Shown: positions 28,273 through 40,337 of the stretch, piece by piece
Position numbering within the stretch: the first letter of the stretch is position 1
Layout: every line of letters begins with the position of its first letter
Assembly: GCF_035084215.1 (NCBI RefSeq)
Contig: NC_090350.1
Span: forward strand, 26,970,001 to 27,034,000
DNA length: 64,000 bases
Source of the DNA: Heptranchias perlo
Taxonomy: Eukaryota
Direction of reading: 5' to 3'
Made by a program: the position numbers and the translations under genes
Notes under the pieces: generated by a model
The model's database searches: none
Seen by the model: the letters and a program-made list of their open reading frames with translations, nothing else
What the model was told of the DNA's origin: nothing

Positions 28273-29246
28273 TCAGAGAAGTTTAGCTAAACATTCAGAA
28301 ACTCCAAAAAACTGTATCATCAACAAATCTTACCTCCCAAAAAAATATAAATTTGTTTGTTAACAAAAGTGACTGTTAGGCAATTATCTAACATATAATA
28401 ACATTGATTGCATTATTTGTCAACAGACAGCTGCCGATTATTCCTTGACCAACCACAACATCATATATCAACTACAAGGAACACACTGTGCACAGCTGTC
28501 ATGTCTTAGCCAACAAAATAAATGGACAGAAAGTGGTGGTGGTTGGGGGGGGGGGGGGGGGGGGGGGGGTGGAACAATAAACCTCACAAAATATAAAGTA
28601 CACACTCAAAACATGTAATTTTAATTTCTAGTCTCCTTTTTGGATTAGTCTTCTGATCCAAGATATCACCTGATGCCTTCAATTTGATCATTGCCTTGTA
28701 ATATTAGTTAATGCACTGCAATAGGTGAGGTCAAACAAGTTAGTTCTTTTGTTTGACATGTGCATTCAACAGGTGCTTATACTATTAATTACTAGTTGAG
28801 CATCACAACTGAGCCTTGCTAACAACTTGCATGCATCAGAACATTGCCACAAAGCTGCATAAACCCCTGCATATGCATTCAAGTGTAATGCCAAGTAATC
28901 AAATACAAAAACCACACATACAATGCTCATGTTCTGATGTTTGCATATGCACTAAAATATAACTGTAGTTTTTCATCTTTTGATTAATTCATCCTACTTT
29001 TCACTGGAGTCACTGCCCATTGAACCTCTTATTTCCATGCAGTCTGCTTAGTCCCTAAATTCAACAGACCAGTTCTATATGTGCAACTTTCATATATATC
29101 AAGTCAGAACCACACACAACTTTAGACTGTATTGTTAATACATTAATTATATGTTCAATATTAGCCAAATGTACCAGCCAAAGTCAATAAGCTGGACATC
29201 TCCCCACCAAATATTTGTTTTCAGGCTCTTCAACCTTTGTCTGTTA

Positions 29247-29590
29247 AAATTTGCATTTATATAACGCATTTAACATACAAGACATCACTCCAATACAGTT
29301 ACACTTACAGAAAAATAAGAACAGGAACAAAGCCATGAAAGAAGGAGACAAAGATCTCAAATTGGATGCACTGAGGGACAGAGAGCCAGTGTAGGTCAGC
29401 GGTAATGGGCAAGTGGGACAGGACGCGGGCAGCTGTGTGTTTTGGCAAGTTTAAGTCTATGGAGAGTGGATGATGGAAGGTCATCAAGGAGAGCATTGGA
29501 GTAATCAAGATGGAGGGGTCAAAAGAATGAATAAGGGATTCAGCAGCATTCTGAGGTAGGGGCAAAGGTGGGCAATGTTGTGGAGACACA
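29247..29590 (-). mobile_element. L2 3' fragment
   Basis: ORF 29305..29601 has AARVL...LHWL; tail ttgcatttatata on the plus strand. Confidence 0.65.
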
Positions 29591-30419
29591 GAATGATCCA
29601 ATTTTTAAAAAGTAGTTACCCATAGTAACGGCTACTTTGAAATTTGATGCTCAAGTAGCTTTTCAGCAAAATAAGAATCCATTAATGTTATTCCTGATTG
29701 CTACATTGCTCTAGTGTACTTGAGATAACACATTACTATTTAAAACTCTATTTTATATACATTTCATGGGAATGAACGTTGATGTGAAGTCAGAAGATAA
29801 TGCTGCTTTATAACAATAGGAGTGTTATCAACAAATTGTGACAGGGAAAGTGTTACAGGAAGCAAATTTAATAATATACTATTTTTATTTTTTTTAAAGT
29901 GTAAGAGGGGCAGAAGGAAATTCATATCCCTACATTAGTTAATAAAATGACCAAGCTGGCAAATTTGACTTAAACTAGTGTTTATTACTTTTATTTTCTC
30001 TCCTCTAAATAGTCAGTGATGAAAAATCTTATCATAGTTGGAAATCTGAGTAACTCTGTAGGTTCATTTTTTAAATCCATTTACTTCTTATCTAATAAAC
30101 ACTGATGCACACCAAAACTAAAGACAAATCAAATGATTAGTACAAATCAGTAACAGGACTGCCACAATATCAATGTGATCACCATTTTATTTCAGTGTTT
30201 GTTCATAAATCTCCCATTGCTGAGTATTTCAACTGATCTGATCTAATATGTTTGCTAAACCAATGAGATCATAGAATAGGTCACTGTTCTAAATTTGTCT
30301 TTGTTGCTGCGTTATTTAATGAACTCAAGTCACTGTGTTTTAAATGATCATTACAAACTGCTGAGCATATGATCAGTACCTTCCAGCAAGCAGAACCTTG
30401 GTGCAGCATTACAGCTGAT

Positions 30420-30830
30420 CTTTCATTTTTCCCTCCAATTTTCTGCCCCTTCCCTCCTATGGTACAGTTTCTGCAGTGCTAGTCACCCTTCAGTACGTCA
30501 CCCTCCAGTACTTCACCCAAAATGGCCATTATTTCTAAGTGAGCTTCGACAATAAGTGTTGGCAGGCTATTTAATCATGGGTTATCACAGGGGATCCCGA
30601 TCCAATCCTCACCAAACATTCACACACATTACACTTCCATGCAGGAGCTGAATGGCAATCAGGAGTGGGAAACCTGCCCAATATTTCCCTCTCTAGCCCA
30701 TGGGCACTCAAGCCAATTGTAGTGCCCAACTGCTGACATTAACTATCTCAGCACAAACCAGGAATCAAACATAGGGCCTTCCTGGTTCAACTAGCTCAGC
30801 TATTAACTAGATAAACTCAGTGAGCCTTTG
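30420..30830 (-). mobile_element. Old SINE-like interspersed repeat (family not named)
   Basis: Similar in reverse orientation to 42940-43230 and 7340-7680; related piece at 31210-31500. Confidence 0.5.
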
Positions 30831-31439
30831 GGGGAGGCCTAGAGCCAGATTTGCATTCCCTCTAATTTTCTTCCCCCCTCACATGCAAAAAAGCATGGTG
30901 TGAAAAGTCCATTAATTCTCACCCTATCTATAAGATTTTGCAACCTGGTAACCCATCCTCTCCAACTACTAGTAATTCTAGTGGGAGGCAATAAAACAGA
31001 AAACAAAGAACTGTGGTGAATTTTAGAAAAACTCTGGGAAATTTGTCCCCAACTGCCCAAAACAATCAAGCAAGCTCCAAGAAATCATTGTTAATCATGC
31101 TACATCACTAGATATAAACTAATGCACATTCCTCTTCCCTCTTAAACCCCACTCCCATGTTCCAATGGCTTTAGGATTATAGGACTTCATCGAATAGAAA
31201 ATAATCATCTCTATCCATCAGGCCTCTTCTGAAGTTGCAAACTCACGCAGTTCCACGGGTGCTGGCTGCCCTCCTGTACCTCATCTAAGTGGCCATTCTT
31301 CATGTGCAAAATGTTGGCAGCCTATATAACAAGGGAGGGAGGGAAGGAAGGAAGGAAGGAAGGAAGGGGAGGAGGAGATCAGTCAAGCCTGATCCTATCC
31401 TTTCCTAAGGTTTCTGCAAATAAACACACACATCCATTC

Positions 31440-31914
31440 CAGCAGGACAGTGATCGGGAATGTGCAATCTAATGATTTTTCCCACTCCTTAGACCAGAAA
31501 TGTTCTTTCCTTAATACCACAGATATGATCCTCATCCTAAAGGTTTAGTGCAGCAATTTCAATTAAAATGAACCAAACCCATTTCCTTATTTCACACAAC
31601 ACTTCAAATAAAAGTTGCAATCACCTATAAAACAGTCATGATTGTTTCCATTATTTGCTGAACTATGTGACTGTTTTATAGAAGATTAAAACTTTTATGT
31701 GAGGTGTTGTTATGTGAAATAAGGGAATGGGTTTGGTTAATTTTAATTGAAATTGCTGCATTGAACCTTTATTATGAGAAACATATCTGATATTAAGGAA
31801 AGACCATTTCTGGTCTAAGGAGTGGGAGTGGGAGTGGGAAAAATCATTAGAGTACACATTCCCGATCACTGTCCTGCTGAAAAACATGATTGTTTCCATT
31901 ATTTGCTGAACTAT
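31440..31914. repeat. ~200-bp inverted repeat (31440-31638 / 31668-31879) with its 30-bp spacer directly duplicated at 31885-31914
   Basis: cagcaggacagtgatcgggaatgtg vs cacattcccgatcactgtcctgctg; catgattgtttccattatttgctgaactat occurs twice exactly. Confidence 0.93.
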
Positions 31915-33636
31915 ATGTTTTGAATTCAGATTACAAATTTCACTTTACTTTCCATTTAATAATCTAAAGAAAAACCCTAACTTTCACAGGAATAACCATG
32001 AAGCAAATCAGAAAGCAAAATGAAAACATACATTGTCAAAGAGATTAGTATTCCTAACACCTACCATGAGATGCAGAGATGCAGAAGGTGAAATGAATGG
32101 CAAATACCAGTACTACAGAATGAGTGCGTTAGGCAGAGGAGACAGGAAAAAGACAGAATCAAGATTTAGTGACATCACACACAAAGCAAAATTTGTAAAC
32201 AATGAAGTACACATCAAAATTACCTAGATAAAATATAACAGAAAACATCCCAAGATCTTGCAGTCCTGCACACAGCAAACTACCACCAAACTGGGTAATT
32301 CGATAGTTTTTATCCCAAAATATTGGGAATTCAGTACTGAATGCTCAATGATGGATATTTGGAGAAGTTTAATCAATTTTACCGGGATGATAACCTCAGT
32401 AAAACATATTCTGATTTCATTTTTAAAATCCTGCTTGAATGGACAATGCTGGTAGAAAATAACCTGAACCTTAGCATGCTGATACAAACATTATGCTAAC
32501 ATACTTTAACCTGTGCTGATATTTTTTTTCCTTTCTGCAGCTTATCCTTAACAAGAGAAAATCAACAGGCATTTACACCTTTTGGTAGTGGTAATTTAGT
32601 GCTGAATGGGCAGGGCGACAAATATTGGATAAACACAATACCACATAAGCAGTAGTAACTCATAGGACTTGAATATTTTGCTTTGATTAATTTCTGCCAC
32701 AGAAAAACAATTCGAAGTGAAACCAATGCTGAAAATTCAAGACGTCAAACAACAAAACCATTACAAAAATGGGTGTATACCATGGCATTATGCAAGAAAT
32801 ACATAGGACAATTGTCCAAGTTATCAAATGGCACCGATAACCAACCGATAGTCCACTATGACCCAAACCTGAGATTCCAAATAAGCCAATCATTGTTTGA
32901 GGAAATAGGAAGCTGGAAGATTCTCAAAATAAAATTGAGGAGTTACTTGTGTTGCTCATGCCATCTGGTTAAAAACTACCACTGGCATTGTTTCCTGCCC
33001 ACACAGTCAGAGATAGGTGTGTGACATGGAATCACAGATATGGGAAGAAAATACATCAAAAATTGTGATAGTAATCTGGTTGCATCTACGGCTGTGAGGT
33101 CACATAGTCAGGCTGCATGCGACAACCTGGTAGTTCTTTTTTAAAAAATGTTTTCATCATGCATTTAGACAGAAATATGATTTTAGCAGTGAAGTTACCA
33201 TATTATTATTTCACTTTTTTGTATGCCACATGCAACTGCCAGCCATGTTGGGCTGACAAATTGCTTGCCAGCACCTTGGCCTCTTTCAATTCTCTGAATC
33301 TTCCTGGAAAGGTAGGCCTAAAATAACTGCTCACCAACTGCCCCTGCTATTTGTTATAAGCCTGCTGGCCTCTACATAATGCTCCTCATCACGGTGCAAC
33401 TAAGCTTGGGAACTTGCTGTATGGGTAACTGTTCCATAGAATCAATATTATTAGCAATTCTGATGCTAACAAATACAGTCTTCATTACAAATTTCTTAAA
33501 ACTGCATTATTTTTGCTGCACTGTTACTCATTTACTGCTTAAAAATGCAAGATATGGAGATGCCGGTCATGGGCTGGGGTTGACAATTGTAAACAATTTT
33601 ACATCACCAAGTTATAGTCCAACGATTTTATTTGAA

Positions 33637-33677
33637 ATTTACAAGCTTTCGGAGGCTTCCTCCTTCCTCAGGTAAAT
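33637..33677 (-). ncRNA. Minimal hammerhead ribozyme motif, intact core
   Basis: Minus strand reads AUUUAC-CUGAGGA-A-GGAGG-aag-CCUCC-GAAA-GCUU-GUAAAU: 6-bp stem I, 5-bp stem II, palindromic AAGCUU for a dimeric stem III. Confidence 0.82.
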
Positions 33678-33726
33678 GTCAGGAACCTACGCATTTATAA
33701 ATCACAGAACAATACATGGTGATATA

Positions 33727-36021
33727 ATACTCGGCATCACCACCAGCATCGACCAAGCTTCCCCTGGTACCACGGTTGCAACCACAGGGAAGTCTATCGT
33801 CAATTTGTCCGACCACACCCTTCAACCAGACGAAATCGAAGTTCTCAGCCGAGGGCTCAATTTCTGCCCCACTACCAAAATGGACCCCACTAGTCTCGCG
33901 GCGGACACAGAGGAATTCATCAGGAGAATGAGGCTCCGGGAATTCTACCACAAACCCCAAGATTTCAGCAGCGAACCCAATGAGACAATCAATGATCCGG
34001 AACAGCAGACAGAGGGATCCGCGGTACAGCAACCGAAGAGGAAAGAGTCAAACTGGACTCCTCCGGAGGGTCACTGCCCTCAGCTTGACATGTATGCCCA
34101 AGCTGTCAGGAAATGAGTCAATGCCAGATTCATCAGGCGCACTCAGAAGATAGTCCAGAATGTCACCCGAGCACAACGCAACGCCATCAACGCTCTCAAG
34201 ACCAACCGCAACATCGTCATCAAACCAGCGGACAAAGGAGGAGCCATCGTCATACAGAACAGAACGGACTATTGCAAAGAAGCATACCGACAACTGGACA
34301 ACCAGGAACACTACAGACGGTTACCCGCAGATCCGACCAAAGAACACACCCACCAGCTCAACAAACTGATCAAGACCTTCGATACAGACCTTCAAAGCAT
34401 CCTACGCACTCTCGTCCCACGTACTCCCCGCGTGGGAGACTTCTACTGCCTCCCAAAGATACACAAAGCCAACACACCCGGACGTCCTATCGTATCAGGC
34501 AACGGAACCCTGTGTGAGAACCTCTCTGGATACATCAAGGGCATCCTGAAATCCATCGTACAGGGAACCCCCAGCTTCTGTCACGACACTACAGACTTCC
34601 TACAAAAACTCAGTACCCACGGACCAGTTGAACCAGGAACACTTCTCACCACGATGGACGTCTCGGCACTCTACACCAGTATCCCCCACGATGACGGCAT
34701 CGCTGCGACAGCATCAATACTCAACACCAACAACAGCCAATCTCCAGACGCCATCCTACAACTCATCCGCTTCATCCTGGATCACAATGTCTTCACCTTC
34801 GATAACCAGTTCTTTACCCAAACACACGGAACAGCCATGGGGACCAAATTCGCACCCCAATACGCCAACATTTTCATGCACAAGTTCGAGCAGGACTTCT
34901 TCACTGCACAGGACCTCCAACCAACGCTATACACCAGATACATCGACGACATTTTCTTTCTATGGACCCACGGCGAAGAATCACTAAAGAGACTACACGA
35001 TAACATCAACAAGTTCCATCCCACCATCAAGCTCACCATGGACTGCTCCTCAGAATCAGTTTCTTTCTTGGACACACGAATCTCCATCAAAGATGGGCAC
35101 CTCAGCACCTCACTCTACCGCAAGCCCACGGACAACCTCACGATGCTCCACTTTTCCAGCTTCCACCCTAACCACATCAAAGAGGCCATCCCCTATGGAC
35201 AGGCCCTGCGAATACACAGGGTCTGCTCAGACGAGGAGGAACACGATGGACACCTACAGACGTTAAAAGACGCCCTAGTAAGAACGGGATATGACGCTCG
35301 ACTCATCGATCGACAGTTCCGACGGGCCACAGCGAAAAATCGCGTAGACCTCCTCAGAAGACTAACACGGGACGCAACCAACAGAGTACCCTTCGTCGTC
35401 CAGTACTTCTCCGGAGCGGAGAAACTACGCCATGTTCTCCGCAGCCTTCAACATGTCATCAATGACGACGAACACCTCGCTATGGCCATCCCCACACCTC
35501 CACTACTCGCCTTTAAACAGCCACCCAACCTCAAACAGACTATCGTTCGCAGCAAATTACCCAGCGTTCAGGAGAACAGCGTCCACGACACCACACAACC
35601 CTGCCACGGTAACCTCTGCAAGATATGCCAAATCATCGACACAGATACCACCATCACACGAGAGGACACCACCCACCAGGTGCATGGGTCATACTCCTGT
35701 GACTTAGCCAACGTTGTCTACCTCATACGTTGCAGGAAAGGATGCCCCAGAGCATGGTACATTGGCGAGACCATGCAGACGCTGCGACAACGGATGAACG
35801 GACACCGCGCAACAATCGCCAGACAGGAGGGTTCCCTCCCTGTCGGGGAACACTTCAGCAGTCAGGGACATTCAGCCACCGACCTTCGGGTAAGCGTACT
35901 CCAAGGCGGCCTTCGAGACACACGACAACGCAAAATCGTCGAGCAGAAATTGATAGCCAAGTTCCGCACCCATGAGGACGGCCTCAACCGGGATGTTGGG
36001 TTCATGTCACGCTACACGTAA
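33727..36021 (+). pseudogene. Penelope ORF (RT, Cys-rich linker, GIY-YIG endonuclease); one frame, one premature TGA at 34114-34116
   Basis: ORFs 33676..34116 and 34432..36021 are in the same frame. Motifs: LSRGLNFCP, KPADKGG, PKIHK, GTAMG, YIDD, CHGNLCKIC, VVYLIRC..WYIGET. Confidence 0.92.
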
Positions 36022-36284
36022 CCCCACCAGCGAACAATAGCTATCTGTTTTTAATATAACGGGTCATTTGCTGGCTTTCTCTGCCTTCCGGATGTTTCTG
36101 CCTCTCTCTCTCTGTTTTTTTTTTCTGTTTGTTTTTTTTGTTGACTGTATATTCCTGGGCTCTGTAGGTAACACCTCTCTGAACACTGTGATTGCCTTGG
36201 CAACAGGCAGTTGCAAAGACTATCTGTAATCACCAAGTATTGTTCTGTGATTTATAAATGCGTAGGCTTCGAGGAGTTCCTGAC

Positions 36285-36325
36285 ATTTACCGGAGGAAGG
36301 AGGAAGCCTCCGAAAGCTTGTAAAT
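36285..36325 (+). ncRNA. Hammerhead motif in the 3' pLTR with a mutated core (CGGAGGA)
   Basis: Same sequence as the 33637-33677 motif except T>G at 36292 (core U4). Confidence 0.75.
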
Positions 36326-38245
36326 TTCAAATAAAATCGTTGGACTATAACTTGGTGTTGTAAAATTGTTTACAAAAATTTAAAAATACAAGGACACAGT
36401 GGAATCAGTCCATAATATTGATGATTAAGATGAACTTTAAAAAAAAACAGGTGACAAGATAATATTTAAGGAAGCATTAGTCTATTAACAGATGACCACT
36501 ATAAACAAGTGATAGTTTGATAAATTTACTACTGAAACTACAGGCAATCTAATCTCCAGTTAGTCCCAGTAATAAATCTGGATAAAATTTATTCTACATT
36601 TTATGCTTAAAACAAGTGCATAAAATTTGACAGTTTAAGCATTTTTATCTACAAGCATAGCCATCAGGCTCTTAGTATGTACAAAGTGGACTGGTTTCTT
36701 CTCATACTACTGACATCACTATCCAAATCAATGACATACAGTGGTATCAGAATGTTTGCCACTATTATGTAAATAAGGGCAACTGAATTTGGATAGCTGT
36801 CAGTTGTCACCCAACTCCTCCTCTGTACACTACAGTCCAAAAGGACAGAAAAACTGTTACCCTTATGAAAAAGTATAATATTGTATTCAAAATAGAATTT
36901 TTCATGGATTTTAGATGGGATTTAATACATTTATGAACATTATATAAATTCAAAATAAAAAGCTGTTTATTCCTCTATTTAATTTTATTAAAAATCCAAA
37001 TTAAATTCTTACAGCTTGATGGACAAATTGCCTTCTCTTTCCAATGCTTTGTGGTGTATTTTCTATCTTACTCTAAATCCCAAACATTGCAGTGGGGATG
37101 CTGATCATCAGCCATTAAATTTACAAACACAATGCAAATGAGATACACTCAATTTGACGTGCTTAACATGCAACACCATCTTTACAAATAAACATGTAAA
37201 ATGAACAGAATTAACAGAACATATAAAGTGTTTATGGGAAAATGAAGATGGTGGCTAAGTATGCACAGAGCTTCAAGACTGGATTGAGCAAATAATTTGG
37301 TGGAAAGGTCAGAAATACCAATTGGATCACATTTGCAGTTTACATCAGTATGTTACCACAACACAACTGATTACTATATTTTCTCCAGTTATATGCATTG
37401 GGATTTAAATTCAAATAAAGATGCATTATATTTGAAATGCTTTAATATCAATGGAAAATTTGTCAACAAAATTGATTACCATTTCACACCAGATACTTTT
37501 GGCTCTGCTATTTGATAACCAACGGGAGGCTTTTCTGTCTAATAGTCTAAATCACCATCATGGCTTGATATTACTCAACATATTATTGTAGGCGATAGCC
37601 CCAAGTAACAAGAAAATTAGGTTGTTAAAATGTAGCCAATTAAGTACCCTAGCCCAGTTTTCAGAATATTATCCCAAATTAACGTATTATATCAGTGATC
37701 CAATTCTTAGGAGAGGTCTGGGCCCTGGATTATTAGCACTAGAAGATAATCATACTCACTCCAACCTGTACGGCTCACAAGTTGTCTTTTAAACTTGTAA
37801 AATTACAATCATACAGCACGCCACCAGCACAATATCTTGTATATTTAATCACTTCAAATTGTACAATACTTAGGCTAAGAGTAACAAAAATTAAGCACTG
37901 AATTCAGAAGAGTGCAGAGCTGTCAATCGGGGGAGTTACGATCAGGATGAGTGAGACTGCAAACTCACTGCGCTGTGTATATTTTTAGGAGTGAAGCACA
38001 TCAAAGCAGGCCAAGCATTTAAACAAAATGGGCGCGTCTCACTGCACATCAGAAGAGTCTGCAAGTACCAGAATGTGAAGGTCCTGTCTCGTCCATTGGC
38101 AAACCCACTGAGCTTAGGTCAGCAGCTCGACCATAAACTAGGCCTGTAGGCCTAAGCACAGACCCAGCACTGACCCATTAAACACCGCAACCATTCGTTT
38201 TCCTTCCGGCCTCAGTAACCGCAGAATTTCTATGCCAGGAATTAC

Positions 38246-38287
38246 CATTTTCTTGCTCTCTGTGCCTCGGTTCGCCTGGCGAGACAT
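38246..38287 (-). CDS. TRAPPC3: TRAPPC3 coding exon 1 (MSRQANRGTESKKM)
   Basis: ATG at 38287; 42 nt; GTAAT donor follows. Confidence 0.96.
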
Positions 38288-38299
38288 TTTCGTACAGCT

Positions 38300-38600
38300 T
38301 GAGAGCGTCCAGCCGGCTCTTCGCTTCTTATCACAAAAAAAATCTCCTTACCGTAAGGAACACGGAGCACGCATGCGCGCAACCTCCCCACGCCTGCTGG
38401 GAATCATAGTCCCTTCCCGCGCACCCGGCAACCCGCTCTCTGAGAATGGAGCGCAGCGGAGGACTACAACACCCAGAATCCACTGCGGCACCGCGATGCG
38501 CTGCAGGACTACAACACCCAGAACCCATTGCACGCGTCGTTGCTGGGACCGGAGAATCCTGGGTTACCAGCTACTGGTCGGATGATGAGAGGGACGTCGT
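38300..38600 (-). promoter_or_regulatory. CpG-rich TRAPPC3 promoter with an NRF1-like site and three ZNF143/THAP11 (SBS)-like motifs
   Basis: ACGCATGCGCG at ~38369-38379; TGCTGGGAATCATAGTCC at ~38395-38412; AGGACTACAACACCCAGAA twice (38460-38478 and 38505-38523). Local CpG enrichment directly upstream of the ATG. Confidence 0.75.
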
Positions 38601-38729
38601 GTAAAAAGTGAAAGGCTGTCGCTGCTGGAAATCTGAAACAAAAATAGAAAATGATAGAGACTCTCAGCCGGTTAGACAGCATCGATGGAGGCACATCTTG
38701 CCAATTTGAGTACCTGCCCGTTATCCCTA

Positions 38730-38845
38730 TTGTAAACAATTTTACAACACCAAGTTATAGTCCAGCAATTTTATTTTAAATTCACAAGCTTTCGGAGGCT
38801 ACCTCCTTCCTCAGGTGAACGATGTGAACTATTCCTCAGGTGAAC
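38730..38845 (-). mobile_element. Solo Penelope pLTR fragment inserted into a CR1 fragment
   Basis: High similarity to 33587-33677. The flanks rejoin as CR1 RT sequence (ccctat|tctctgtc). Local micro-duplication of ttcctcaggtgaac. Confidence 0.85.
38780..38820 (-). ncRNA. Minimal hammerhead ribozyme motif, intact core
   Basis: GUUCAC-CUGAGGA-A-GGAGG-uag-CCUCC-GAAA-GCUU-GUGAAU; stem I covaries relative to the 33637 copy. Confidence 0.8.
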
Positions 38846-39349
38846 TATTCTCTGTCTCTTGCCGCTCAACCAATTTCCTAACCAGTTCAATAATTTGCCC
38901 TCAAATCCATGAGCCTTCAGCATCCGCTGACGGTTTCTTATGAGGGACTTTATCAAATGCCTTCTGGAAGTCCACATAAAATCCATAGACATTCCCCAGG
39001 AAAGGGGAGACAAAAAAAAAAGAGAGCAAGTATTGATGGAATGAATTGCAATCTGGTTAAAAGAAAAACAGGAGATTGTTAGACAGTGGAAAGAAGCATT
39101 CAAGAAATTAAAGACATAAGAGAAACAAAGCATATGTGAATAGTTGAGGGAGCTCTCCTCAGGAAAGATGTGAAGATAGAAAGTTTTCAAAACAGGAGAA
39201 GCAGGCAAAATATGGTTGGTTGGAAGATAAGAAAAACAGGCCAATACTATGGTCACAGAATCCTTCACCAATTCTGTGTTCTGGTAAAAAGTCGCCACCC
39301 CAAGCATTAGTTAAGTTATCCCCCCCACATCCCTCACACCAACTGTGAG

Positions 39350-40049
39350 GGGTTGGAATTTTAAATTTGAGGCGATGGGGAACTGGGAGTAAATGTAGAT
39401 CAGTGATCAGTTGATGGGTGAGCAGGATTTGGTGCGGGTTAGGATAGGGGCAGCAGAGTTTTGGATGTGCTCAATTTTATGGATGGTTGAGAATAGGAAA
39501 CTGGCTGGGAGAGCATTGGAATAGTCATGGGCGAATGGAATCGGTGACTAGTGAACGGAGTTTGTGGCGTGGGCCAAAGACAATGGCCTTTGGTCTTTCC
39601 AACATTTAATTGGAGGAAATTGAGGCTCATCCAGGACTGGATCTGACAACACAGAGACAGTGGAGGAATCGTGAGGTGATGCAGCGGTAGAGCAGGGTGT
39701 CATCAGCGTACATGTGGAACCTGACCCCCTATGTCTTCAGATGATGTCATCAAGGAGTCATGTAGATGAAGAAATGGAGGAGGCTAAGGATAGATCCTTG
39801 AGGGATTCCAGAGGTAACTGTGTGTTAGTGGGAAGGGAAACCAATGATGAAGATGCTCTGGCTATGATTGAATAGGTAAGAGTGGAACCAAGCAAGGGAA
39901 GTCCCACTCAGCTGGATAACGCAAGAGAGGCATTGGAGGAGGATGGTGTGGTCAACTGTCAAAGGCTGCAGAGAGGTAACGAAGGAGGAAGAGGGGTGGT
40001 ACAAAGTGGTCACAGTCACAGAGGATGTCATTTGTGACTTTGATTAGGA
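39350..40049 (-). mobile_element. L2 LINE fragment
   Basis: FLQLNVGKT, TVDHTILLQCL and LAWFHSYL on the minus strand. Confidence 0.8.
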
Positions 40050-40337
40050 CCTCCTGACTCCCCAAAGCCTTTCCACCATCTAGAAGGCACAAGTCAGGAG
40101 TGTGATGGAATTCTCTCCACTTGCCTGGATGAGTGCAGCTCCAACGACAATCAAGAAACGCGACACCATCCAGGACAAAGCAGCCCGCTTGATTGGCACC
40201 CCATCCACCACCCTAAACATTCACTCCCTTGACCAATGGCGCACTGTGGCTGCAGTGTATACCATCCAGGGTCAAAATCCTGGAACTCCCTACCTAACAC
40301 ACTGTGGGAGAATTTCACCACACGGACTGCAGCGGTT
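40050..40337 (+). mobile_element. Fragment of the same LINE family as 59165-60630
   Basis: ORF 40102..40341 SPLAWMSAAPTT..DTIQDKAARLIG; internal deletion relative to the longer copy. Confidence 0.85.

Larger units (their letters stand above)
33552..36379 (+). mobile_element. Penelope-like retroelement (probably Neptune-type), 5'-truncated, with an inverted 5' pLTR copy; in TRAPPC3 intron 1
   Basis: RT + GIY-YIG ORF. ~140-bp terminal inverted repeat (33587-33723 vs 36229-36375). 13-bp TSD ttaaaaat(g/a)caag at 33539-33551 and 36380-36392. Confidence 0.93.
38693..39000 (-). mobile_element. CR1 RT fragment hosting the solo pLTR
   Basis: ORF 38771..39307 contains KAHGFEGKLLNWLGNWLSGKRQR. Confidence 0.8.

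Noticed and set aside
30014-30050. GTGATGA...CTGA as a C/D snoRNA
   Set aside because: Only ~35 nt long and antisense to the host TRAPPC3 transcript.
33679-35975. Alternative-frame and antisense ORFs within the Penelope element
   Set aside because: Shadows of the codon-biased RT ORF.
38232-38585. Plus-strand 117-aa ORF over the TRAPPC3 promoter
   Set aside because: By-product of a GC-rich promoter; the repeated RTTTPR peptide simply reflects the duplicated ZNF143-like motif.
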